From: a virus
Lineage: Duplodnaviria > Caudoviricetes
DNA length: 60,008 nucleotides
Reading direction: 5' to 3' (one strand)
IMG/VR virus record: IMGVR_UViG_3300027874_000001
Location: 1-60,008 of that record
The position numbers were made by a program, and so were the translations under genes. The notes under the pieces are model-generated. The model saw nothing but the letters and a program-made list of their open reading frames with translations, was not told the origin of the DNA and did no database searches. Shown piece by piece: positions 27,303 to 36,029 of this stretch; positions within the stretch are counted from its first letter, which is position 1; the number at the start of each line of letters is the position of its first letter.

Positions 27303-27641
27303 ATGCACGACGAGAAGTATGTAGTTCTGAAGGCGGACGATGTCTACAAGTTCGTAGAAGAATGTAGAAACGAACCACTCGGAGGCGTAGACGAGGCGGT
27401 GGAAGCTTGGAAGGTAGACGATGCCGTGGTCATTCGTAGGCAGGACGTCTTCAGTCCGCCTGCGCTAGATAGCTATGCCAACTCCATCCTGGCGGCAGTG
27501 GAAGTGCTGCAGAACTCGTACGAGGGTGGACTGCCGCCTGACGTATACGGGACGGTACGGCGGTTGCGTGGAATAGCGGACTACTTCCACAATCAAGCTC
27601 GGGACGCCTGGGCCGAGACGCAGAAGAAGGTCCCTGATTGA
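27303..27641 (+). CDS. Hypothetical protein
   Basis: AGGAGG RBS; RQD..PAL.SYA...K.PD pattern. Confidence 0.75.
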   Translation: MHDEKYVVLKADDVYKFVEECRNEPLGGVDEAVEAWKVDDAVVIRRQDVFSPPALDSYANSILAAVEVLQNSYEGGLPPDVYGTVRRLRGIADYFHNQARDAWAETQKKVPD

Positions 27642-27871
27642 TGGCACATGAACTGAAGAACGTACACGAAGTGCTCGTGCGGCCAGACCACGACGCCATC
27701 ACCATCGTCTACAACAGCGGGTTGATCGAGGTCGTCAAGTGTGAGCACCTACTAGTGCAGTACCATCGCCATACCACCGACCAGGGCCGGGAGCCAAGGC
27801 AATGGGAGGAAATCAACATCACCGGCCATACGGAAGCAACACCCATACCAAAGGATCAGAACAATGGATGA
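27641..27871 (+). CDS. Hypothetical protein
   Basis: TGATG overlap. Confidence 0.65.
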   Translation: MAHELKNVHEVLVRPDHDAITIVYNSGLIEVVKCEHLLVQYHRHTTDQGREPRQWEEINITGHTEATPIPKDQNNG

Positions 27872-28046
27872 GACGTTCACCATCGGAGAGACGGCGGAGC
27901 ACGGGGAGGATACCATCGCCTTCAACGGAGATCAGGGTTCGTATCTCCTGCTCACTCGGCAGGCTTGGAACGACAACAACTGTCCCCAGACGATAGTCGC
28001 CTCCTTCACGGGGTCAGATCCATATAGCACAGAGGAGCCAGCATGA
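27864..28046 (+). CDS. Hypothetical protein
   Basis: AAGGA RBS; overlaps both neighbours. Confidence 0.6.
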   Translation: MDETFTIGETAEHGEDTIAFNGDQGSYLLLTRQAWNDNNCPQTIVASFTGSDPYSTEEPA

Positions 28047-29050
28047 CAGAAGAGCTACAGCGTTGGGGAGATCGTGCAATGTTTGCGGCGGAAGCGCACG
28101 AGACCACGGAGGAATACGGCGTCGTACCACAAGTGTATCTACTGTGGATGACGCCTAGGCCGTTAGCGGCGATCGCTGCTATGACGGAGATGTACAAGGG
28201 GCACGTGATTCATGATCTGGCGGACATCAGCAACGACACCATGTACCAGGCGTTGGAAGACGTTCAGAAGACGCATCTGCGAGCGCCGTTAGAGGCAGTC
28301 AAACTGCACTTCATGCTGGAAGGAGTAGATCGTGCGTTCACGCATCAGCTTGTGCGACAGCGTACTGCGGTTTACGCTCAGGAATCTCTTAGATTTGCTG
28401 TGGTTGAAGATCTGGCTCACGGTACCACGCTCCCGCCAAGCCTCTTCGGGACCACTCCCGCTACCGCCGATCTTACGAGCACCACTCTGGATGAGATGGT
28501 CAGTGAGCCGGGGTTTCAGTTCATCACGGCGAAAGACGGGGAGAGGATGATCTGGGACTATGTGATTCAGACCATTCAGAAGGGCTATAGCCTACTGGTG
28601 AATCACGGCATGCCGCAGGAAGATGCTCGAGGATTACTGCCGCACGCTACTGCTACCCGTCTCAACTACATCACGGATCTCCGCAATCTGGTAGACCACG
28701 CCGGTAACCGGCTCTGTACCCAGGCCCAGTTCCACTGGCGCATTGTGTTCAACCAGATCGTAAATGAGATCCGTAACTACGGCGGCTGGCAGTTCGAAGC
28801 ATTGGCAGATAGTGGCATGTTCAAGCCGGTCTGCTATCAGCTAGGCCACTGTCCCTTCCAAGCATCGTTCGATCGCCCCTGCAAGATTCGGGACCGAGTA
28901 CAGACCTTCGCCAAGTACGGCGTCCCCAGTAGTGAATGGTCCAATGTGGATTTCTCCAGCGAGCACGGCGTGAAGTTCACCGAGAGGGACGTGATTCGTG
29001 ACGAAGAATGGCAAAGGGATCCCGAGGCCGCACGGGTAGTGGCCCACTAG
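28043..29050 (+). CDS. thyX: Divergent ThyX-like flavin-dependent thymidylate synthase
   Basis: PLEAV..HF..EGVDRAFTHQLVRQR....QESLRF; EDARGLLP; RLC..AQ. The canonical RHR is RQR here. Confidence 0.8.
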   Translation: MTEELQRWGDRAMFAAEAHETTEEYGVVPQVYLLWMTPRPLAAIAAMTEMYKGHVIHDLADISNDTMYQALEDVQKTHLRAPLEAVKLHFMLEGVDRAFTHQLVRQRTAVYAQESLRFAVVEDLAHGTTLPPSLFGTTPATADLTSTTLDEMVSEPGFQFITAKDGERMIWDYVIQTIQKGYSLLVNHGMPQEDARGLLPHATATRLNYITDLRNLVDHAGNRLCTQAQFHWRIVFNQIVNEIRNYGGWQFEALADSGMFKPVCYQLGHCPFQASFDRPCKIRDRVQTFAKYGVPSSEWSNVDFSSEHGVKFTERDVIRDEEWQRDPEAARVVAH

Positions 29051-29087
29051 TGGCTAGCTGGGCTACCAGCACCCCACAGCATATGGG

Positions 29088-29174
29088 GCTGACGTGGTCC
29101 CTAATGGTTCGAAGACTGTCCACCTGTGTACGTCACTGTCCAGGACATTCCAGACCATTAGGGACCAACGTAGC
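29088..29174. terminator. Long hairpin at the convergence of the two genome arms (candidate bidirectional terminator or processing site)
   Basis: Perfect 14-bp inverted repeat TGGTCCCTAATGGT (29095-29108) / ACCATTAGGGACCA (29154-29167) with flanking extensions. Confidence 0.55.
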
Positions 29175-29176
29175 AC

Positions 29177-29404
29177 CTACTTTGCCCGCTCCTGGTTCGC
29201 TGCGCCGGTGGGGGTACTGGCCAGAGGTTGATTTCTCACGCCGAACACCGCTCCTACTGCCACAATGACTCCCGCTGGTAGGATAGCCCATTCGGCTGCT
29301 GTGAGCTCTCCGTCAGCGAAAGATGTAGCTAGCCATGTGGCTGCCGCCGTAGCGCCCGCAACGATCGCTTTCCATATCTGACCAACATTACTGACGCCTA
29401 ACAT
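29177..29404 (-). CDS. Holin (2 TM)
   Basis: [16 protein letters not shown]...DGELTAAEW...[11 protein letters not shown]; lysis-cassette position; TGATG start. Confidence 0.7.
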   Translation of the reverse strand: MLGVSNVGQIWKAIVAGATAAATWLATSFADGELTAAEWAILPAGVIVAVGAVFGVRNQPLASTPTGAANQERAK

Positions 29405-29517
29405 CAGCGCCGTCGCATGGCGAATGTGACCAAGGCCACCAGTGCGAGGACGCCTAGTTCGACGATGATCCACCATCCCTGGGTCTCGGTGAGGGGTTGG
29501 TCAACTACTAGGAACAT
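29404..29517 (-). CDS. Small membrane peptide (37 aa); not in ORF track
   Basis: [37 protein letters not shown]; AGGAG RBS. Confidence 0.65.
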   Translation of the reverse strand: MFLVVDQPLTETQGWWIIVELGVLALVALVTFAMRRR

Positions 29518-29526
29518 TAGTTCTCC

Positions 29527-30429
29527 TCATTGTTTGATGCAGGTGAACAATGTCTGTTGCCCACCCGGTGTGTTGATGGTGACCGTCCTGGCTGCGAATC
29601 CAGGAGGACAGGCTAGTCCTGAGGGACCCGGCGGTCCCTGTGGTCCAGTCGCCCCTGGATCTCCCTGTGGTCCAGTCGCCCCTGGATCTCCCTGTGGTCC
29701 TTGTGGTCCTTGTGGTCCGATAGCGCCGTCTGTCCCTGGATCTCCCTTGGGGCCGGCAGGTCCGACGACAGAGCTTCCAGGCGGTCCTGTTGCTCCCGCA
29801 GGACCTGTAGAACCAGTTGCGCCTCCCGCACCCGTTTCTCCCGCTGGTCCTGTCGAGCCTGTCGCTCCTCCCGGGCCACTCGGGCCGACGCCGCCCGTAG
29901 CGCCCGTGCCTCCTGGAGTAGAACTACCCACTCCGTTAGTCCCGTTCGTTCCGTTCTCACCCTTCGCACCCCCTGGTCCTACGGGGCCGGTATCTCCTTT
30001 GGGTCCTTGTATTCCTGGAGGCCCTGGTGGGCCCGGTATTCCTACAGACCCCGGATCTCCTTTCGCTCCTTCCGGGAAGCCTAGAGCAGCCATTCCTAGT
30101 ATGGCAGCAGCAGAGATCAATCCAAGGGAAAGCACCATGAAGAAGGTAGCTGCTCCTTGTTCCCCTCCATTGTTGCTACGGATCTGGAACTTCTTTGTCT
30201 TCTTAGGAATGGGTGCGTCTGCCGGAATGAGCTCGGGGTTCTCCATGCGGATCTTATGCAACACTCTTGCGTAGCCCTCTGCCTCCAGGCGGGATTGGTT
30301 CAAGAGATCGTGGCATTGAATGGATCCTTCCCTCTTGGCCCTACGGATCGCCAAGTAGGCAGAAACGAACCCTCCGATAGCCAGAAGACAGGCGCCAATG
30401 CCTGCCAAATCGAGTACTGCAAGGAACAT
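29527..30429 (-). CDS. Membrane-anchored collagen-like protein in the lysis cassette
   Basis: Two hydrophobic segments, ~150 aa of interrupted Gly-X-Y, C-terminal CPPGF...C. Confidence 0.8.
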   Translation of the reverse strand: MFLAVLDLAGIGACLLAIGGFVSAYLAIRRAKREGSIQCHDLLNQSRLEAEGYARVLHKIRMENPELIPADAPIPKKTKKFQIRSNNGGEQGAATFFMVLSLGLISAAAILGMAALGFPEGAKGDPGSVGIPGPPGPPGIQGPKGDTGPVGPGGAKGENGTNGTNGVGSSTPGGTGATGGVGPSGPGGATGSTGPAGETGAGGATGSTGPAGATGPPGSSVVGPAGPKGDPGTDGAIGPQGPQGPQGDPGATGPQGDPGATGPQGPPGPSGLACPPGFAARTVTINTPGGQQTLFTCIKQ

Positions 30430-30435
30430 TCTGCA

Positions 30436-31272
30436 TTACGGCTTTACTACCGGAAGATCATCCACGATGGCCTGCGGCAGTACGATGGGTCCGCCGTCGG
30501 CTGCGGTGGCGTAGATGCCGCCGTTGGCTCGGGTGTGCCAGGCCATGTTGTTGTGCTCTTCGATGTTGGGGATGTAACGTTTGGTCTGCCAGTTGGTGAC
30601 CCACCATTCTCCGGTCTTGTCACCACGGATACAGAGTGCCATGTCTTCGTCCTTTGGTCGTTGTACTGGTGCAGGAACGGGGGCAGTTCCCCCAGGGCCG
30701 GTGCGTAGCAGTTCTGCTACCCGGTTACGGAATCCATCTGCGCCTCCATACAGGCGGCGAGCCACAAAGTCGATCTTGCCTTGGATTGCGCCCCATTCAA
30801 AGTGTTGTGAAGTAAGGGCAGGATTCGGGTTGCTCAGCCCGCTCAGGAAGGCAGCATGTACCCGGCACGAGGTCTCCCAGCGTCGTTGGCTGAATTCCTC
30901 TACCTCTGTGCCGCAGTGCTCTACCTCTAATCCGAAGACGGATTGGTTTCCTCGCAACCCCTGCCAGCTGCCCGGTCCGGCGTGGTTCGAGACTCCAGCC
31001 GCCACCACGTTGACCACGTCATCCCGCTGCTGGTGCACATTGCATAGCGGGCCAGGAAGGTCCGACCGCCCATTGATGCAGACGCCGAGCGAGGGCGCAA
31101 CGCTGCCTTGAGGACCGGCAGTATGGTGATTGACACTTCCGTAGGGATCGAAGATGGCGTAGGTTCTTCCTCGTTGCTGCCAGCCATTGATCTCTCGCAC
31201 CATCACGCCGATCGGATCCAACCAGACGTGAAGTCTACGGGCTAGGTCAAAGTCATGGCCGTACACGCTCAC
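30436..31272 (-). CDS. Endolysin, N-acetylmuramoyl-L-alanine amidase (Amidase_2)
   Basis: HHTAG, NHAG, GLEVE, QHFEW and KID zinc-amidase motifs; GTGA overlap start. Confidence 0.88.
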   Translation of the reverse strand: MSVYGHDFDLARRLHVWLDPIGVMVREINGWQQRGRTYAIFDPYGSVNHHTAGPQGSVAPSLGVCINGRSDLPGPLCNVHQQRDDVVNVVAAGVSNHAGPGSWQGLRGNQSVFGLEVEHCGTEVEEFSQRRWETSCRVHAAFLSGLSNPNPALTSQHFEWGAIQGKIDFVARRLYGGADGFRNRVAELLRTGPGGTAPVPAPVQRPKDEDMALCIRGDKTGEWWVTNWQTKRYIPNIEEHNNMAWHTRANGGIYATAADGGPIVLPQAIVDDLPVVKP

Positions 31273-31409
31273 TTGAACAGTTCCTTCCACATGTCTGCCG
31301 TCTTAGGGTCGCCATCCGGGAACAAAGCTCTGAGCTCGGATGTCTCGTCGTCATCGTCCCCGAAATCTAGTGCGCATCCGTCTGTCTCTTCGTGATCGTC
31401 CATAGTCAT
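31269..31409 (-). CDS. Small acidic protein (46 aa) coupled to the endolysin; not in ORF track
   Basis: MTMDDHEETDGCALDFGDDDDETSELRALFPDGD...; ATGA and GTGA overlaps. Confidence 0.6.
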   Translation of the reverse strand: MTMDDHEETDGCALDFGDDDDETSELRALFPDGDPKTADMWKELFK

Positions 31410-32641
31410 CCCTCTGCTAGGAACATTGTTTGACTAAGGTCAAGATAGCCGTTATTGCCGAAGCCCATACAGACTCGGCCGTCTGGGTACACGTCGATCC
31501 GTGCAGTGGAAGGTGGCATGTTATGGCTTGCTGGAAAGATCTGTTGAAAGCCTGGCCTGAATCCTGCTGGTAAGGTGAAGATAGGAAGTGTAGCGGAGAC
31601 AGTTCCACTCTTGAGCAGTCCTCGTAGATGTACTACGCCGTACTTGTCTATCAGATATCCGGGCGGTGAGTACCAGTTGTCGAATCTTGCCCAACTGTTC
31701 TGCAAAGTGGGAACGGTCCATTTGCTTTCAGCGAACTTGGACCACCAGCGAATACCATGAAGATAAACCTCGTTGTTGGGACCTGCCTGAATCTGGACAG
31801 ATGAACGAGATACGTCTATCCGGTTCTCGGTATAGGCAGTTCCGTTATAGCCACCGTTATTGAAAGTGTGCTTGTAGCGAGTTCGGGCTTGCCACGGCAG
31901 GTCAAGCATGACTGTGCCAGCGGTAGTGGTACCACCTGAAACAGTTCCGGAAAGTTGACAGAGGCCGTCGTCCCGTATGAACACTTGGATGACATTGTCC
32001 GTCAGCGTGAGATCTCCCCAACCGTTCAGTGTCATGCAGTAGTCCCATTGCTCATCTCTACGAGCACCCGCACTCATGAACCTGATGCCGTCATAGCTCA
32101 GGAAGGCATTGGTGGTACCTGCATCTCCGGCATAGGGACCTACGTTGCCGTCTGGCGTGATGGGCATGCGACAGGCGCCATTGGGGTTACCGCACAGGGT
32201 AGAGAAATCCACCTTTCTGTCAGGGGCGTAAGCTGCCGGCAGTGTGAAGCTGGCTAGAAGTATGTTCCCAGTCTTTGACAATCCGCTGAGGTACACCCAA
32301 CCGTCTGGATCTTTGAAGTAGCGAGGCGTGGCGAAGGGAGCACCGTAGGCTGTCCAGGTGTTGATCATGGTTGCTGTCTGCCAGGCACCTACAGTGCCGG
32401 TAGTTTGGGATTGCGGCCTACCGATCACCAAAGGGGCAGGACTGGCGTCTATCCACACGGCTGTGTCGCCTACTCCAAAGGGCGGTGTGATCCCTGCTAG
32501 GAATCTCATCGGCCTGCCATTCACGTACACCAATGGAGGCTGGCGAGACCAATCAACCTGAGTGACATTGCCTAAGCGCAGGTTGTCGTTGGGTTGGTTG
32601 ATATCGGTTGTGGTGGCAGCTAGGTGTGCGAGATCACTCAT
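31406..32641 (-). CDS. Minor tail / receptor-binding protein with three repeated beta domains
   Basis: Three W...L.N.W...DG.V.L.G...LP...RP repeats; follows the tail-tip genes. Confidence 0.75.
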   Translation of the reverse strand: MSDLAHLAATTTDINQPNDNLRLGNVTQVDWSRQPPLVYVNGRPMRFLAGITPPFGVGDTAVWIDASPAPLVIGRPQSQTTGTVGAWQTATMINTWTAYGAPFATPRYFKDPDGWVYLSGLSKTGNILLASFTLPAAYAPDRKVDFSTLCGNPNGACRMPITPDGNVGPYAGDAGTTNAFLSYDGIRFMSAGARRDEQWDYCMTLNGWGDLTLTDNVIQVFIRDDGLCQLSGTVSGGTTTAGTVMLDLPWQARTRYKHTFNNGGYNGTAYTENRIDVSRSSVQIQAGPNNEVYLHGIRWWSKFAESKWTVPTLQNSWARFDNWYSPPGYLIDKYGVVHLRGLLKSGTVSATLPIFTLPAGFRPGFQQIFPASHNMPPSTARIDVYPDGRVCMGFGNNGYLDLSQTMFLAEG

Positions 32642-33864
32642 GCACGACGCTCCCGTGTCTTGATCTGCATAGTTGAAGCCTTGACACTGCCAGACACTGC
32701 CTCTACCAGGTACAAGCCGCTGGCTCCGATGGCGGGGTCAGTGACCTGAATGATGTCCTCCACCTCGATGTAGGGATTGTAGTTGATCTCCATGGTGATG
32801 GTTTCCAGCACTCCTCTCAGCTTCCACATCTTGGCGGTGGCCACCCAGAGAGCCTGTGTGTTATCTACAATGTACTTGGATTGCTCGAAGTAGGGAGATG
32901 CACCAAAGGTGCTAGCGGTGGGATTGGCAGGGTCGTAGTAGGTGGGGCTATTTGGGTCTGTGTTCCAAGCCCTACCCTCTGCCGGTGGTGCGTCGCTTCC
33001 GCTGGATTCACCACGCATGATGACGCCATTGTAGGTCTTCTCGACCGATAGTTGGCGTGCATCTCTTACGATCTTGGTGTCACTGTCTATTCCTAACACC
33101 CATTGTGGCGTGAGACCTGCCACATCGACATCTGGGTCGTGTACGGGAGAAACTATGCAGCGCCCGTAGCTGTCGAACCAGAGTCGGTAGCCCACTGCTT
33201 CCGCTAAACCTATCACGGCATCTAGGTAGTTCGATGTCTCGCTGATGTCGTAGCTGAGCAACGGCGTCTTGTACTGCGTCGGTGTCAGAATGGTAGGGAA
33301 TGTCTTGGTATTTCCAGATGCGACCAACAGGTAGAGAATCGCATCAATGAAGTTCGTGCCCTTGTCAATGGTGAGGGGAGAGGTGAACTTCATGCGCTGT
33401 AGTCGCATAGCCCGATCTAGCCCGTGAATGGTAAGCTTCACGGCACCAGATTCCCTGGTAACATCGGTGACATTGAATCCGAAGATGCCGATGGACGTGT
33501 AGTAGGGAATGCCAGTCTTGGGATCAATGAACCCTTGCCACAGTTGGAACTCTGTGCTAGCAGCGGGTGACAAAGATCCGATTTGGCCTATGGTAAGAGG
33601 CTGAGGACTAGGACCAGGCAACAACTCGGTGGTAGCTGGATCTATCTGCAGCGTTATCTCAGCCTCACTCATGATGCTACGAGTGAAGTCCTGAGACCAG
33701 CTACCATCGATCACTTTGATGCGGACCTTGTGTACGTCGGCAGAAGTGGAGGCGATCACTGTGCCGGCAGCGGAAAGTAGATCCACTCTGGTAGCCACCT
33801 GAGCAGCACCGTGGTCTAGGAAAGTTCTCCCATCTACTCCTCCGATGAGTGCATTGCGAGCCAT
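32638..33864 (-). CDS. Minor tail protein (DUF5047-like hub)
   Basis: LWFDSYG, YNGVIMRGE, NSPTYY..FG motifs; position. Confidence 0.7.
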   Translation of the reverse strand: MARNALIGGVDGRTFLDHGAAQVATRVDLLSAAGTVIASTSADVHKVRIKVIDGSWSQDFTRSIMSEAEITLQIDPATTELLPGPSPQPLTIGQIGSLSPAASTEFQLWQGFIDPKTGIPYYTSIGIFGFNVTDVTRESGAVKLTIHGLDRAMRLQRMKFTSPLTIDKGTNFIDAILYLLVASGNTKTFPTILTPTQYKTPLLSYDISETSNYLDAVIGLAEAVGYRLWFDSYGRCIVSPVHDPDVDVAGLTPQWVLGIDSDTKIVRDARQLSVEKTYNGVIMRGESSGSDAPPAEGRAWNTDPNSPTYYDPANPTASTFGASPYFEQSKYIVDNTQALWVATAKMWKLRGVLETITMEINYNPYIEVEDIIQVTDPAIGASGLYLVEAVSGSVKASTMQIKTRERRA

Positions 33865-36029
33865 CAGACCGAGCCTACGTCAATGAAGTTGATGTCTAGT
33901 TCGTGAGCGTGGCGTACTGGCGTTGTCTCCGTTGGAAGCTTGACCGCCCGGAGCATGGCCCAACTGATGTTGTCGTCTGGTTGCACGTACCACTGTCGGC
34001 CGAGAACGTCTTGTAGCAACAATGTTCTGCCGGAAGAGATCAGCAGCTGTAGGGCAGCGTACTGAGTTGCATTGAGGGAATGAATGGTCCCGCTCAGCTT
34101 GGCAGATTTGACCCCATCATGGCTCATCACGGTGGTGTTGACGTTCGCAGGCCAACTAGTACCCACCGGATAGCTGACCACGTTGGGCTTGGCGTAGGTG
34201 AGTTTGAAGTTATCGATCATGATGGCGATGTTGCGAGTAGAATCAGTAGGATCCTTCAGCCAGAATGAGTTGAAGGTCGGAGCCACCGACACCACAGGAG
34301 ACCAATCGCTCACTACGAAGTTGGCATTCCACGTGGACGATACTCTGGCACGGTAGTAGATCGTCTTGCCACGAGGTATCTCGTACTCGTACATGATGAT
34401 CTGCTGTCCCACGGGCTTCTTCCCGACAAAGGGAGATCCACGCATTGGTTGCCAGCCGCCGATCCAGCCGCCCGCTATGGTACCGGCGCCGGGATCTTCG
34501 CTCCGTTCCACAAACAGATTGTTGATGGAGCTATCAAAGCCACCGGCAAACCAGTTGGTCGAGGTTCCTGGCATCAATCCCATGCGGTCAAATAGGAACT
34601 GTTCGTTGGCAGCCGCTGCCGTGAGGAACCCGACCCTCACACTAGCGAAGGCAGCAGTGCCGGGAGACGTGGCCGTTACCGTCACCCTGGACCAGGCCGT
34701 GGTGGTAGGTTGCACTGTGGTAGAACTGGATGTGGAGATGAACAATCCCGACACCGTCCACCACATGATGTCGACTCGGCAGTTACGAGCGGCGGGTGCA
34801 GTGAGCTGACGGCAATCAGCCATGGCTGTGTACTGTACGTTGGGGAGAACCGGAATGGCTGAGGTTGTCTGCGCAGTGGAGGCCAAAGCATCTCCGGCAG
34901 CGCTAGATTGAACTTGGAGGGAAGCTACACCGTTGGAAGCCTGAGCAGTAGAACGTGACACAGTGCAGTTGCTGAGAACACTCCAGTCTACCACACTGGT
35001 TTCCACACTAGCAGCGTTGGCGCTCAGCTCGTTCTGTAGGTCTTGCACTGTGATGATCAAGCGAGCATTGGCGTCGTCTGCTACCGCCACGACACTAGGG
35101 ACCGCAGGAGGATCCAGGGTCAGAGTGAAGGCAGAGCTAGAGGCCCAGGGAGAGTACTGGGGCCAACCCACAATATCTGGTTGCCAGCACTTGACATACG
35201 CCTTGTAGGTGTTCCCGTTGTTGAGATCGTAGTCAACATGGTCACCGGAAGCGTTGTCCGAGATGGCTCCGGTGTCGAATACGGCAGTGGAGGTATCCGG
35301 ACTGAATCCTGCCCCGCCATAAACAGAAGAGTGGAAGATCTTCATGTTATGCTTCACCTTGGGGTCGTTCTCTGGATCACTGTAGTTCCAAAGAACGTCA
35401 GGCTGGGTTGTGACGATGGTACCGCTGGGCGAAGTGACAGTGACCGCTGGGGCTTCGTTGTACTGTACATCTAGCCTGCACATTGACAATCTAGTTCCAG
35501 TGTCGTATACTCCAGTAGAATCACTCCACAACGCCACCATCACCGCCCACTCCCACCTGCCGCTGCTAGTGGTGGGAGCGGCGTCATACCAGATCCTTAC
35601 TGGCTCCCATGGTTGGCCCGCACTAAGGGTAGATATCCAAGGCGTGGTGTATTCTCCGAACACGTTGGTGGTTGGGATCATGTTGGAGGGTGGATATGGA
35701 TTTGGAAAGGTGTACCAATCTTCACTTGTGCTGGCTGTGCCTTGGATTCCTAGCCAGAAGACGGAAGACGTCATATTCGCTGTAGATCTCGCTACACGAA
35801 TAGCAACCCGCATCTGCTGCAGATGAGCATTGGCCGGGATAGAAGGGTTGGCGAATCCATAGCGCAGGAGTGCGCCGGTGGAGGCGGTGACGCTCTGGAT
35901 GTAGCTGGTGTCGCTGGCGTCCAAGGCAGCCTGAGCGCTGGCAGCACCAGTGATGGTACGACCTCCGGTTCCGGATCCCATACCGACGATGGCTCGCTCG
36001 CTCTGGGGATAAACAGAAACAATGCCCAT
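33864..36029 (-). CDS. Minor tail protein with carbohydrate-binding-like insertion
   Basis: Directly after the tape measure; S/T-rich beta protein with NAASVET...ASNGVASL CBM-like segment. Confidence 0.7.
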   Translation of the reverse strand: MGIVSVYPQSERAIVGMGSGTGGRTITGAASAQAALDASDTSYIQSVTASTGALLRYGFANPSIPANAHLQQMRVAIRVARSTANMTSSVFWLGIQGTASTSEDWYTFPNPYPPSNMIPTTNVFGEYTTPWISTLSAGQPWEPVRIWYDAAPTTSSGRWEWAVMVALWSDSTGVYDTGTRLSMCRLDVQYNEAPAVTVTSPSGTIVTTQPDVLWNYSDPENDPKVKHNMKIFHSSVYGGAGFSPDTSTAVFDTGAISDNASGDHVDYDLNNGNTYKAYVKCWQPDIVGWPQYSPWASSSAFTLTLDPPAVPSVVAVADDANARLIITVQDLQNELSANAASVETSVVDWSVLSNCTVSRSTAQASNGVASLQVQSSAAGDALASTAQTTSAIPVLPNVQYTAMADCRQLTAPAARNCRVDIMWWTVSGLFISTSSSTTVQPTTTAWSRVTVTATSPGTAAFASVRVGFLTAAAANEQFLFDRMGLMPGTSTNWFAGGFDSSINNLFVERSEDPGAGTIAGGWIGGWQPMRGSPFVGKKPVGQQIIMYEYEIPRGKTIYYRARVSSTWNANFVVSDWSPVVSVAPTFNSFWLKDPTDSTRNIAIMIDNFKLTYAKPNVVSYPVGTSWPANVNTTVMSHDGVKSAKLSGTIHSLNATQYAALQLLISSGRTLLLQDVLGRQWYVQPDDNISWAMLRAVKLPTETTPVRHAHELDINFIDVGSV

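Noticed and set aside
29417-30274. 285-aa + strand Pro/Gly ORF
   Set aside because: It is the antisense shadow of the collagen gene (GGN/CCN symmetry).
31406-36029. Diversity-generating retroelement acting on tail genes
   Set aside because: No reverse transcriptase and no near-identical TR/VR pair were seen.
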